DNA of 64,000 nt from Alphaproteobacteria bacterium (GCA_965228895.1 OZ245842.1:224001-288000), one strand, 5' to 3'; shown: positions 1 through 9,638, counted from the first letter of the stretch. Numbers and translations: made by a program. Notes: a model not told the origin generated them from the letters alone.

Positions 1-76
1 GCTCGCGCTCAAACTGATCGGCGTCGTGATACCAGGCAGCGGGCAGGGTATCGGTCAGGATTTGTGGTGCGGCCAT
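1..76 (-). CDS. 5' part of a Rieske non-heme iron oxygenase alpha subunit (runs off window)
   Basis: Read manually: ATG at 76 after GAGG RBS gives MAAPQILTDTLPAAWYHDADQFERE; LPxxWYxDxxxFxxE is the typical N-terminus of ring-hydroxylating/N-demethylating Rieske alpha subunits. Confidence 0.7.
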   Translation of the reverse strand, partial: MAAPQILTDTLPAAWYHDADQFERE

Positions 77-137
77 CACGATTTACCTCACTTGGGTCTT
101 GTCATAGGCACATTGGTGTTTGACTTCGACTGATTTA

Positions 138-162
138 TTTATAACATATGACATGTTAAAAA
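138..162. promoter_or_regulatory. Palindromic operator, probably for the adjacent TetR regulator
   Basis: TTT-A-TAACAT-N5-ATGTTA-A-AAA inverted repeat in the AT-rich divergent intergenic region; TTGACT (-35-like) at 120-125. Confidence 0.55.
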
Positions 163-201
163 ACTGGCGAAAGTCATACAGGATGAAGAGGTCTCTCGTC
201 C

Positions 202-822
202 ATGCCTAAGGTCGTAAACCATGACGCCCGCCGCGAAGAGGTCGCCGAGGCGACGTGGCGCGTAATCGCCAAGCACGGTGTCGATGGCGCGACTCTGCGC
301 GAGATCGCACGGGAAGCCGGTTTCACGACCGGTGTCATCCACCACTATTTCCGCGACCGCGGCGAGTTGATGGCGTTTGCCTATCAGCTGATCGCCGAGC
401 AGACGGCCGAGCGCCTGAGCGAAACCCTGGCGGACCTGCCGGCAGGCATGCCCCGGGTTCGCGCGACCATCGAAGCGCTGGTGCCGCGCGAGCTCAAGTC
501 GGGTCGTGTCGCCGCGCTTTTGGGATTCTGGTCGAGCGCCGCCATCGACGATCGCCATCGCGCGTTCAACCTGGCGTTCTATGACCGCTACCGCGGCCTC
601 GTCCGCGAGCAGGTTGAGGGCGCCATCGCGGTCGGTGATCTGCCGGAACATCTGAATGCCGACGACACCGCCGATCAACTGGTCGCGTTGGGTGAGGGCC
701 TCTTCGTGCGGACCGCCCTTGACCCCAAGCGCTTCTCGCCGGAGCGGCGCGCGCAGTTGATCAGCAGCACGCTGGCCATGTTTGCCGCCGACGCGGCACC
801 GGAAGAGGAGACGACACCATGA
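202..822 (+). CDS. TetR family transcriptional regulator (BetI-like)
   Basis: MPKVVNHDARREEVAEATWRVI...ATLREIAREAGFTTGVIHHYF HTH; BetI-type C-terminal domain. Confidence 0.9.
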   Translation: MPKVVNHDARREEVAEATWRVIAKHGVDGATLREIAREAGFTTGVIHHYFRDRGELMAFAYQLIAEQTAERLSETLADLPAGMPRVRATIEALVPRELKSGRVAALLGFWSSAAIDDRHRAFNLAFYDRYRGLVREQVEGAIAVGDLPEHLNADDTADQLVALGEGLFVRTALDPKRFSPERRAQLISSTLAMFAADAAPEEETTP

Positions 823-2021
823 CCATGATGAAACAGCTCAGTCTCGACGACTTTATCTCGGCCGAGCAGGTCGCGTGCCTGCGCCGCCCGGTCGCCGAAG
901 CCGAGGGGCTGCCCGGACGCGTCTATGCCGATCCCGCGTTCTTTGAGCTGGAGCGCAAGAAGATCTTTCCGCGTGGCTGGATGGCGATTGCCTTTGAGTC
1001 AGATGTCGCCGAGCCGGGCGACGCCGAGCCGATATCGATTGCCGGCTGGGACTTCATCGTGGCGCGCAACCGCCAGGGCGAGGTGAAGGTGTTCCACAAC
1101 ATCTGCCGCCACCGGTCGATGACCGTGCTGACCGAGCCCTGCAGCAAGGCCCAGACGCTGCAGTGCCCCTGGCACGGATGGACCTATGACCTTAACGGCC
1201 GGCTCATCGCGACGCCGGATATCGGCGGCATGGACGAGACGACCGGCAAGGTCAGCGCTGAGCAACCGGGCATCGATAAGGCCAAGCTCAGCCTGCGCGA
1301 AGTGCGCAGCACGACCTGGATGCACTTTGTTTTCGTCAACATCGATGGCCAGGCCGAGCCCTTCGAGGATTTCATTCGCCCTGTCCACGATCGCATCCCC
1401 GACCACGACCTCTCGGTCGTGCGGTTCTCCGGGATCACGACCGAGGCGCAGTTCGACGGCAACTGGAAGCTCGCCATCGAGACCGGATGCGAGGATTACC
1501 ATCTGCCCTGGGTTCACCCCCAGATCGGGCCCCGCAGCGGCGTTTTCCGAGGCGAGCGCGGCGGCGACACCTATGTCTCGATCGCAAGCCGGCGCGAGAC
1601 GGAAGTGCTCTCCAGCGACGGCATGCCGATGTTTCCTCACTACAACGGCAAGAAGGTTGGCGAAGACGGGCTATCGCGCGAGATCGTGCTCTTCTTCATC
1701 GTGCCCAACGCCATCGTCTCCATCTTGGATGACCATGTTGTCACCAATATCTATTACCCTATGGCCCATGATCGGACGCCGACGCGCCGCGCCTTTCACT
1801 TCATCGGCGAAGCTGCGACCGATGAGGAACATCGCGCCATTCGGGAGGCGGTACGCGACGCTTGGATTGAGGTCGGCGAGCAGGACTTTCCCATGGTTCG
1901 CGAGGTCCAGACCAAGCATGCCCAGCGTGACGAACTGGGCATGGAGACACGGTTCTCGGCCTACTGGGAAGGCGCCGTCCATCATTTCCAGAACCTGGTC
2001 GTGGACAGGTTGGAGGCGTAG
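819..2021 (+). CDS. Rieske non-heme iron oxygenase alpha subunit (choline/betaine/carnitine monooxygenase-like group)
   Basis: Rieske ligands CRH...CPWH; mononuclear Fe site EDYHLPWVH and EQD; ATGA overlap with the TetR gene. Confidence 0.9.
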   Translation: MTMMKQLSLDDFISAEQVACLRRPVAEAEGLPGRVYADPAFFELERKKIFPRGWMAIAFESDVAEPGDAEPISIAGWDFIVARNRQGEVKVFHNICRHRSMTVLTEPCSKAQTLQCPWHGWTYDLNGRLIATPDIGGMDETTGKVSAEQPGIDKAKLSLREVRSTTWMHFVFVNIDGQAEPFEDFIRPVHDRIPDHDLSVVRFSGITTEAQFDGNWKLAIETGCEDYHLPWVHPQIGPRSGVFRGERGGDTYVSIASRRETEVLSSDGMPMFPHYNGKKVGEDGLSREIVLFFIVPNAIVSILDDHVVTNIYYPMAHDRTPTRRAFHFIGEAATDEEHRAIREAVRDAWIEVGEQDFPMVREVQTKHAQRDELGMETRFSAYWEGAVHHFQNLVVDRLEA

Positions 2022-2058
2022 TGCTTCGTGAGCCGATTTTTGCTGGGGCGGGTCGTGC

Positions 2059-2511
2059 CTAGAGCTTGAGTTTCATGCCGATATGGCTCGGCTCGAACCC
2101 GAGCTTCTCGTAGAAACGGTGGGCGTCGGGTCTCGCCCGGTCAGTTGTCAGCTGAACGAGTTCACAACCCGCCTTCTTCGCCTCGTCGATGGCAATCCTG
2201 AACATCTGTTCGCCCAATCCCGTGTTGCGATAGCTGCGGGCGATGCGAACACCTTCGATCGTCGCTCTGGTCATGCCAAGACGAGCCAGGCCGGGTGTCA
2301 GCGTTAGCTGAAGGCAGCCAACGACATTGTCGTTGTCATCGACGGCAACAAGGACCTGGTTGCCCGGCTGCCGTTCGATCGCCTCGAAGGCCTCCGTGTA
2401 TGGGGAGGGTAGAGGATCCGCCAGCCGCTCCCTTTGCGCGCCAAGGATGTCATCGGCGAGCAACTCTACAACCGCATGGATGTCGTCTTTCGTCGCGGCG
2501 CGAAACTTCAT
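2059..2511 (-). CDS. GNAT family N-acetyltransferase
   Basis: IEGVRIARSYRNTGLG acetyl-CoA motif; AHRFYEKLGF. Confidence 0.9.
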   Translation of the reverse strand: MKFRAATKDDIHAVVELLADDILGAQRERLADPLPSPYTEAFEAIERQPGNQVLVAVDDNDNVVGCLQLTLTPGLARLGMTRATIEGVRIARSYRNTGLGEQMFRIAIDEAKKAGCELVQLTTDRARPDAHRFYEKLGFEPSHIGMKLKL

Positions 2512-2726
2512 GGCCAGCTCACATCCATCATGCAGGAGTATGCGTCAGCGCCAGCTTAGCTCAATTTGGCTGCGATCGTCGGGTCGCAACGCCCTCAAAC
2601 AATCCTGAGAGCGCGCCAACGCCCTCGTTGCAAGTCGAAGCAGCATCACCCAGTGTGCGCCATCGACCGTGAGCGTCGGGCGCCGCTCTTGGTGCGCCCG
2701 GCCGAACCAGCGACGAGGTCCGACCG

Positions 2727-4001
2727 GTGTTTCATTCCTTCTTTCCCAACCCCCGCATTTTCTTCCCCGCCGTTCTTGTGTGGACCGGACTGTCGATGGC
2801 CGTCTGGTTCATCTTCGGCGCCGATCTCGGCGAGTCGCTCAGCCTGGGGGGATTGATCGGCTACGGCTATCCGGAGGGTCCGCCGCCCGAGGGCGACGAG
2901 ATGGCCATGGACGCCTACGCCAATGCGCGCCTGTTTGCCGTCGATATCTGGCTCTACCAGTACATGATCGTGGTCGGCGCCATCTTCGCTTATTTGGTGA
3001 AGCGGCTGTTGCCCCATCGCTGGTTCTGGTGGTCCGTCGTCGTGTCGTCGATCATCATTTTCATCACGTGGTTCCTGGTTCAGCTCGACGTCATGATCAA
3101 CAATTGGTTCGGCCGATTTTACGATGCCATTCAGATGGCTTTGGGTGAGCCCGGATCGATCTCCATCACAGAATACTATTTGCTGCTTTTGGAGTTCCTG
3201 GAGATCGCGATGGTCTTTGTCATCGTCGCCTCGATCAACCGATTCATCGTCAGCCACTTCATCTTCCGCTGGCGCACGGCGATGAACGACTACTACGTCG
3301 CCAATTGGCAGAAGCTGCGTCACATCGAAGGCGCTTCCCAGCGTGTCCAGGAGGACACCATGCGGTTCGCCAGCATCATGGAGAGCCTGGGCGTCAGTTT
3401 GATTGATGCGTTGATGACACTGATCGCCTTCCTGCCGATCTTGTGGGCCTTGTCAGAGCACGTGAAGGAACTGCCGATTATCGGCGAAGTACCTCAGGCG
3501 CTTGTTATCATCGCGGTCGTCTGGTCTATCTTTGGCACCGGTCTGGTGGCGCTGGCCGGCATTCGCCTGCCGGGCCTGGAGTTTCGCAATCAGCGTGTCG
3601 AGGCGGCGTATCGCAAGGAGCTCGTGTTCGGCGAAGATCACGCCGACCGCGCCCAGCCGCCGCGGTTGGCAGACTTGTTTGCCGATGTCAGGCGCAACTA
3701 TTTCCGCCTCTATCTCAACTACCTCTACTTCAACCTCGTGCGCATCAGTTACCTCCAGGTCGGCGTGCTCGTGCCGTACTTCGCGCTTGGGCCGACAATC
3801 GTCTCGGCGACGATTACGCTTGGCGTGCTGCAGCAGATCGTGCGCGCTTTCGGCCGCGTCGAAAGCTCGTTCCAGTATCTCATCAACTCGTGGACGACGA
3901 TCGTCGAGATGCTGTCGATCTACAAACGTCTCAAGGCCTTCGAGGCAACCATGAAAGGTGAAGAACTGGCGGATATCGAACGCGATGCATCGCCCGCATA
4001 A
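2727..4001 (+). CDS. sbmA: SbmA/BacA peptide transporter
   Basis: SFFPNPRIFF N-terminus; FRWRTAMNDYY, IEGASQRVQEDTMRF, LPGLEFRNQRVEAAYRKELV motifs; GTG start after GAGG. Confidence 0.92.
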   Translation: MFHSFFPNPRIFFPAVLVWTGLSMAVWFIFGADLGESLSLGGLIGYGYPEGPPPEGDEMAMDAYANARLFAVDIWLYQYMIVVGAIFAYLVKRLLPHRWFWWSVVVSSIIIFITWFLVQLDVMINNWFGRFYDAIQMALGEPGSISITEYYLLLLEFLEIAMVFVIVASINRFIVSHFIFRWRTAMNDYYVANWQKLRHIEGASQRVQEDTMRFASIMESLGVSLIDALMTLIAFLPILWALSEHVKELPIIGEVPQALVIIAVVWSIFGTGLVALAGIRLPGLEFRNQRVEAAYRKELVFGEDHADRAQPPRLADLFADVRRNYFRLYLNYLYFNLVRISYLQVGVLVPYFALGPTIVSATITLGVLQQIVRAFGRVESSFQYLINSWTTIVEMLSIYKRLKAFEATMKGEELADIERDASPA

Positions 4002-4031
4002 GCAAGCCGATACGTCAGGGCGTGAGAGTTG

Positions 4032-5381
4032 CTACCCCGTCCCCTCGGCCTCTTCGATATCGAGGTCGGGCGGCGGGACCCGGTAGCCTTTGGTCAGGTA
4101 GGTCAGGTAGCCGCTGCCGATGGCGAGCCAGATGACGCCCAGGATCAGGGCGTCCTTATCGAGGCTTGCCAGCAAACCAAGGTCGAGGATGGCGCCCAGG
4201 CCCGGCACCAGGACCCACAGCAACAGACCGCGCCGTTCGCCGTCATGGCGATGGCGCAGGTAGTGGGCGATCACCGACAGGTTGACGAAGGTGAAGGCGG
4301 TGAAGGCGCCGAAGTTGATGAACGAGGTCGAGGTCGCCTCGTCCAGGCCGATCGCGAGCAGGCCGAACAGGCCGGCCATGACGATGTTGAAGACCGGTGT
4401 CTTAAAGCGCGCGTTGAGGTAGCCGAAAACGCGTTGGGGCAACACGCGGTCGCGGCCCATGGCGTAGAGGAGGCGCCCGACGCTTGCCTGGGCCGACAGT
4501 CCGGCTGTGAACTGGGTGACGACCATGCCGATCAGGAAGACCGTGACGAAGATATCACCACCGACCTTGCGCGCGATCTCGAACGCCGCGGCGTCCTCGT
4601 TCTGGAACTGGGTCGACGGGTGCGCGAGCTCGGTGACGTATGACGCGCCGATAAAGACGCCGCCGCCGATCAGCGCGATCAGGAAGATCGCGCGCGGCAT
4701 GGTCTTGCGCGGTTCGATGGTTTCTTCGGCCAGGGTCGAGACAGCATCGAAGCCCAGGAACGAATAGACCGCGAGCGCCGCGCCGGCGAGGGTCGCGGAG
4801 AACGGCACGCCCGGTTTGAAGAAGGGATCGACGGAAAGCAGCGAGCCGGTGTCCGATACCTCGACGACATAGTGTGCGGCGAGCGCCATGAAAGCGGCGA
4901 CAATCAGGAACTGGGCGACCATCAAGATGAAGTTCACCCGGCTGGCGAAGTGGATGCCGATGATGTTGATGACGCTGGTCAAGACGACATAGGCGATGAT
5001 CCAGATCCACGACGGAATGTCGGGCAGGGCCGCGCCCAGATAGGCAGCCCCGATCAGCCAGATCACCATGGGCAGGAAGAAGTAGTCGAGCAGCACCGCC
5101 CAGCCGACCAGGAAACCGGCATGGGCGTTGATCGTACGCCGCGTGTAGCTATAGGCCGACCCCGAAACCGGATAGATCGAGGTCATGCGGCCATAGCTGT
5201 AGGCGGTCAACAGAATGGCGGCCAACGCGACCAGATAGGCGCCTGCCGCCGTGCCCTCGGACTTGTCCGCCAGGACGCCGAAGGTGCCGAAGACGATCAT
5301 CGGCGCCATATAGGCCAGACCGAACAGCACGACCGCGCCCAGCTCCAGGCTGCGGTCGAGTTTGGTCTGAGCGGTCGTCAT
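4032..5381 (-). CDS. APC family amino acid/polyamine permease (PuuP/PlaP-like)
   Basis: LFGLAYMAPMIVFGTFG, GSAYSY, SFLGFDAVSTLAEE motifs; about 12 TM helices. Confidence 0.88.
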   Translation of the reverse strand: MTTAQTKLDRSLELGAVVLFGLAYMAPMIVFGTFGVLADKSEGTAAGAYLVALAAILLTAYSYGRMTSIYPVSGSAYSYTRRTINAHAGFLVGWAVLLDYFFLPMVIWLIGAAYLGAALPDIPSWIWIIAYVVLTSVINIIGIHFASRVNFILMVAQFLIVAAFMALAAHYVVEVSDTGSLLSVDPFFKPGVPFSATLAGAALAVYSFLGFDAVSTLAEETIEPRKTMPRAIFLIALIGGGVFIGASYVTELAHPSTQFQNEDAAAFEIARKVGGDIFVTVFLIGMVVTQFTAGLSAQASVGRLLYAMGRDRVLPQRVFGYLNARFKTPVFNIVMAGLFGLLAIGLDEATSTSFINFGAFTAFTFVNLSVIAHYLRHRHDGERRGLLLWVLVPGLGAILDLGLLASLDKDALILGVIWLAIGSGYLTYLTKGYRVPPPDLDIEEAEGTG

Positions 5382-5382
5382 G

Positions 5383-6228
5383 TCATCCGGGGGCGATGAT
5401 ATCGCTTGCCTGTTCGCCGAGTCCCTCGACGGCCATGCGCACCCTGTCGCCGGCCTTCAGGAACACGCGGGGGTTCCGGCCCTGGCCGACGCCGGCGGGC
5501 GTGCCGGTCGCCATGACGTCGCCGGGTTCCAGCGACATGAACCGGCTGACGAAGCTGACCAGGTGGGCGACCGGGAAGATCATGTTGGCGGTCGTGCCGT
5601 CCTGCATCATCTTGCCGTTGACCTCGCACCACAGCCTGAGGTTCTGGGGGTCCGGCACCTCGTCGGCGGTCACGAGCCACGGGCCCAGGGGGCAGAACGT
5701 GTCGCCGGACTTGCCGAGTATCCATTGGCCGGAGCCGAAGCTCTGGAACTTACGCTCGGAAACATCATGGAGGGTGCAGTAGCCGGCGACGTGCTTCAGG
5801 GCATCGGCCTCGGCGATGTTCTTGCCGCCGCGCCCAATCACGACACCCAGCTCGACCTCCCAGTCCATATGGCGGCTGTCGTGCAAGAGCTCGATCGCGT
5901 CGTTGGCGCCACACAGCGTCGTCGTCGGCTTGAAGAAGACGATCGGCTTGTCGGGCGCCTGTGCGCCGACTTCTTTCGCATGGTCGGTGTAGTTGAGGCC
6001 GATGCAGATGATCTTGTTGATGCCTGTCAAGGGCGGACCCAGACGGGGCTTGCCGCGTACCCTGGGCAGGCTCTCCGGGTCGATCCGGCGCAGGCGCTTC
6101 AGCGCCGCGGTTGACAGCCCGGATGTATCGATGTCATCGACCTCGTCTGCCAACGAGCGCATCGCGCCGGTGTCGTCGATCATGCCGGGCTTTTCCTTGC
6201 CCGGCCTGCCATAGCGCACAAGTTTCAT
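5383..6228 (-). CDS. Fumarylacetoacetate hydrolase family protein
   Basis: KIICIGLNYTDH, DWEVELGVVIG, DVSER, GKSGDTFCPLGP, ATGTPAGVG. Confidence 0.92.
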   Translation of the reverse strand: MKLVRYGRPGKEKPGMIDDTGAMRSLADEVDDIDTSGLSTAALKRLRRIDPESLPRVRGKPRLGPPLTGINKIICIGLNYTDHAKEVGAQAPDKPIVFFKPTTTLCGANDAIELLHDSRHMDWEVELGVVIGRGGKNIAEADALKHVAGYCTLHDVSERKFQSFGSGQWILGKSGDTFCPLGPWLVTADEVPDPQNLRLWCEVNGKMMQDGTTANMIFPVAHLVSFVSRFMSLEPGDVMATGTPAGVGQGRNPRVFLKAGDRVRMAVEGLGEQASDIIAPG

Positions 6229-6242
6229 CGCGGTGTCCCCCG

Positions 6243-7004
6243 TTAGGCCGTCATGCCGCCATCGACGTTCAATGTCTGGCCGGTCACGTAGTCGGCGCCG
6301 GCCGACAGGAAGAGAATGGTGTCGCCGTAATCCTCAGTCGAACCCACACGCTTCAGCGGCACGATGTTTTCGATATCGTCGAACATCTCCGGAAAGCGGC
6401 ATTCCCAGGGCGAGTCGACCGGACCGGGCGCGATGGCATTGACCCGCACATCCGGCGCCAGCGCCCGCGCCCACTCCTTGGTCAGGTTGACCAGGCCGGC
6501 CTTGGTCGCGCAGTAGACCGAGCTGGACCCGCCGCCGCCATGGGCTGAGATCGATGCCGTGTTGACGATCGCGCCGCCCGACGCCCTCAGGAATGGCGCC
6601 GCCGCTTTGGTGCAGCGATAGGGCCCGATCAGGTTGACGTTCAGGAGCTTGTCCCAGAAGGCCTCGTCCTGGCTCTCGAAATCGGCGGGCGGGATCGGCA
6701 GTTTGGTGCCTGGCGTGCCCGCGTTGTTGATCAGGTAGTCCAGGCCGTCCAGCGCTTTCGCGGCGTCGCGCACCATGCGCGGCGCGTCCTCGGCGTCGCC
6801 GACATCGCCGGGCGCGGCGACCACGTCATGGCCTTCTGACGTCAGGCGCTCGACCTCCTCGGCCAGGCGTGGCGAGGATGGCAGGTCGTTGATGGCGACG
6901 CTGGCGCCACAGCGCAGGAACGCCTCGACCGTGCCCAGGCCGATACCTGACGCGCCACCGGTGACCAGCGCCTTGCGGCCCTGGAGATCATAACTTGCCC
7001 GCAT
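6243..7004 (-). CDS. SDR family NAD(P)-dependent oxidoreductase
   Basis: TGGASGIG, NNAG, YCATK catalytic motif, VTGQTLNVDGG. Confidence 0.92.
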   Translation of the reverse strand: MRASYDLQGRKALVTGGASGIGLGTVEAFLRCGASVAINDLPSSPRLAEEVERLTSEGHDVVAAPGDVGDAEDAPRMVRDAAKALDGLDYLINNAGTPGTKLPIPPADFESQDEAFWDKLLNVNLIGPYRCTKAAAPFLRASGGAIVNTASISAHGGGGSSSVYCATKAGLVNLTKEWARALAPDVRVNAIAPGPVDSPWECRFPEMFDDIENIVPLKRVGSTEDYGDTILFLSAGADYVTGQTLNVDGGMTA

Positions 7005-7037
7005 GGTCTTCCCCGTCCTGTCGTTTGTCGCGGCATC

Positions 7038-8537
7038 CTAGCGATCTGGATCGCCGCTGTCCTCGCGGATTCGCGCGAACGCGTCGAGCAGGCGCACGCC
7101 GACGCCGGTGCCGCCCTTGGGGCAGAGTGGCTTGTCGTCATAGGCCAGTTCCTTGCCGGCGATGTCCAGATGTGCCCATGGACGGCCGCGCGCGAAGCGT
7201 TGCAGCAGTTGCGCGGCATGGGCCGCGTCTGCGTATTCACCGGGTTCCGCGATCTGCCTGAGATCGGCGATGTCGGAGCCCAGATTGTCCTCGTATTCCT
7301 GGTCCAGCGGCATGCGCCACAGCTTCTCGCCGCTGGCTTCCGAGGCCGCCTCCAAATCGGCGGCAAGCCGGTCCGAGGTCGTGTACATGCCGGTATAGAC
7401 CAGGCCCAGGCCGGCCATGATGTCGTAGGTCAGTGTCGCCAGGTCGATCATGGCGGCCGGCTCGAATCGCTCGACCGCATAGGCCAGCAGGTCGAGGAGA
7501 ACCAGGCGGCCTTCGGCGTCCGTGTTGAAGACCTCGATGGTCCAGCCGGCTTTCGACGTCAGTACGTCGCCGGGGCGATAAGCACGGCTGCCGGCCATGT
7601 TCTCGACCAGGCCGACGACGCCGACCGCGTTGACCTTGGCGTTGCGTGCGGCCAGCGCACGCATGGCGCCGACAACGGCCCCGCCGCCCGCCATGTCGCC
7701 TTTCATCTCCTCCATGCCCTTGGCCGGCTTGATCGAGATGCCGCCGCAATCGAACGTCAGCCCCTTGCCGATGAAACAAAGCGGCGGTTCGTCGCCATTG
7801 TCCGCGCCCGACCAGCGCAGGACCAAGAGGCTGGGTTCATGGCCGCTGCCGCGCGCGACGGCCAGCATGGCGCCCATGCCTTGGTCTTCGAGATAGTCGG
7901 GACCGTGCGCTTCGATGTCGATGCCGAGCTCGGCCAGGAAGCCGATCTGCTCGACAAAGGATTGCGGGTAGAGGTCGTTGGCCGGCTGATTGAAGAGATC
8001 GCGGGCAAGCTCAACGCCGCCGGCGACCGCATCGAGATCGCGCCAAGCCGCCGCCGCGCCGGCCATGTCGTCGGTCACGACTGTCAGCTGGTCAAGCCGG
8101 GAGGGATCGTCTTCGTCCTTGACCGTGCGGTAACGGTCATAGGCATAACCGCGCAGCCGCATGCCGAAGGCCAAGCGGGCGAGCGCTTGTCCGCCGTTTA
8201 CGGGAGCGGTGTCGGGCGGCGTGATCTGAATCTGGACGGTGGTGCATCCGGTATCCGAGATATGCGCCGCGAGCGTTCCGCCAAGCCGCTCCCAGGCCTG
8301 ACGATCCAGGGCCTCGGCATCACCCAGCCCGATCAGGACAACCCTGTCGGCGGCGATATCGAATGGCGCGGCCCCATCCAGAATCTCGTCGCGTTTGCCG
8401 GCAAATCGGCTGGTCTCGATCAGGCGGTTCAGCGCGCCGCCGCTTGCGGCATTCGATATCTCGCCTTCCGGCGTCACAGCGAAAACCTGGACTTCCACCG
8501 GCCCGTGCGCGGGCTGTGCAACAAACTCCACGTTCAT
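7038..8537 (-). CDS. M17 leucyl aminopeptidase family protein (atypical paralog)
   Basis: GKGLTFDCGGISIKP...MKGDM, NTDAEGRL, HLDIAG present; usual ATLTGA is ATLTYD. Confidence 0.88.
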   Translation of the reverse strand: MNVEFVAQPAHGPVEVQVFAVTPEGEISNAASGGALNRLIETSRFAGKRDEILDGAAPFDIAADRVVLIGLGDAEALDRQAWERLGGTLAAHISDTGCTTVQIQITPPDTAPVNGGQALARLAFGMRLRGYAYDRYRTVKDEDDPSRLDQLTVVTDDMAGAAAAWRDLDAVAGGVELARDLFNQPANDLYPQSFVEQIGFLAELGIDIEAHGPDYLEDQGMGAMLAVARGSGHEPSLLVLRWSGADNGDEPPLCFIGKGLTFDCGGISIKPAKGMEEMKGDMAGGGAVVGAMRALAARNAKVNAVGVVGLVENMAGSRAYRPGDVLTSKAGWTIEVFNTDAEGRLVLLDLLAYAVERFEPAAMIDLATLTYDIMAGLGLVYTGMYTTSDRLAADLEAASEASGEKLWRMPLDQEYEDNLGSDIADLRQIAEPGEYADAAHAAQLLQRFARGRPWAHLDIAGKELAYDDKPLCPKGGTGVGVRLLDAFARIREDSGDPDR

Positions 8538-8566
8538 GAGAACACCACGTCGATCAATCCGGACGG

Positions 8567-8860
8567 TTAGACCACCTTCGCCATTGGCCTGACATCGACC
8601 GGTTCCGCCAGCCAGGCGTCGTAGCTCTCAAACACCGCCTTGGTATAGGGCTGTTCGTAGTGGCGATCGAGCGCGGCGGCGTCGCTCCATTCCTCATAGA
8701 GGTAAAGGCTGCCGTCGTCGCGGCCTTCGTGCAGGACAAACTGAAGGCAACCGGGTTCCTGGCGCGTTGCGTCGACAATGCCGACAATGGCATCGCGCGC
8801 TTGCTGGAGGTGTTCAGATTTCGGCACGATGCGTGCCATGACAAACAAAGTCTGGTTCAT
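8567..8860 (-). CDS. ABM-domain protein (putative quinol monooxygenase)
   Basis: TRQEPGCLQFVLH...LYEEWSDAAALDRH pattern; start taken at the second Met. Confidence 0.8.
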   Translation of the reverse strand: MNQTLFVMARIVPKSEHLQQARDAIVGIVDATRQEPGCLQFVLHEGRDDGSLYLYEEWSDAAALDRHYEQPYTKAVFESYDAWLAEPVDVRPMAKVV

Positions 8861-8971
8861 GAGGTTCAACTGTTGCTGTTGCTAAGGACGATCGTCGCCG
8901 AGTGTAATCGGTCTGGCGTTAGTCGGGGACCATGGACTCGCCAGGCACCCACGCGGAGGTGACAGCGGAAC

Positions 8972-9631
8972 ATGTTGGTTCAGATCTACGAGGTATCCAG
9001 TCCCAAAGAGGCGCGTGAGCTCGCCGCGTTGGGTGTCGATCATGTCGGCGTCCTGGTCGGCCCGGGTGACTTCCCGCGCGAACGGGCGAGCGCGGAGGCA
9101 TGCGCGATCCTTGGCGCGTTGCCCAAGACGACCTTGGCGGTCGCCCTTTCCCTTTCGGCCCGCGTCGAGGAGGTCGCGCGTGTCGTTCGTGAGACAACGC
9201 CCGATATCATTCACATCGGCGCCGCCATCGAGCTTTTCTCGGTCGATCAGACGGGCGCCATCAAACAGCAATTCCCGGAAACCCAAATTATGCGTGCCAT
9301 ACCGGTGGTCGGCGAGGAGTCGCTAGCATGGGCGCGCGACTATGAGGGTGTCGCCGACTGGCTGTTGTTGGACAGCCACGCGCCCGGCGACCGCCAGATC
9401 GGCGCCCAGGGCATCACCCACGACTGGTCGGTCAGCCGGCGCATCGTCGAGGCGGCAAGCATGCCGGTCATCCTTGCCGGCGGTCTGGGCCCCGACAACG
9501 TCGCTGACGCGATCGAGGCGGTGGCCCCGGCCGGCGTCGATTCCAAGACCAAGACCGACAGCGCGGACGGTGAGACGAAAGACCTTCAGAAGGTCGCGGC
9601 GTTTGTCCAAAACGCAAAGGCGGTCGGCTAG
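8972..9631 (+). CDS. TrpF (phosphoribosylanthranilate isomerase)-fold protein, non-canonical
   Basis: LLLDS, THDW, PVILAGGLGPDNV, GVD motifs of PRAI; but KICG is QIYE and DVSSGVE is DSKTKTD; GGAGG RBS. Confidence 0.75.
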   Translation: MLVQIYEVSSPKEARELAALGVDHVGVLVGPGDFPRERASAEACAILGALPKTTLAVALSLSARVEEVARVVRETTPDIIHIGAAIELFSVDQTGAIKQQFPETQIMRAIPVVGEESLAWARDYEGVADWLLLDSHAPGDRQIGAQGITHDWSVSRRIVEAASMPVILAGGLGPDNVADAIEAVAPAGVDSKTKTDSADGETKDLQKVAAFVQNAKAVG

Positions 9632-9638
9632 CACGCGC

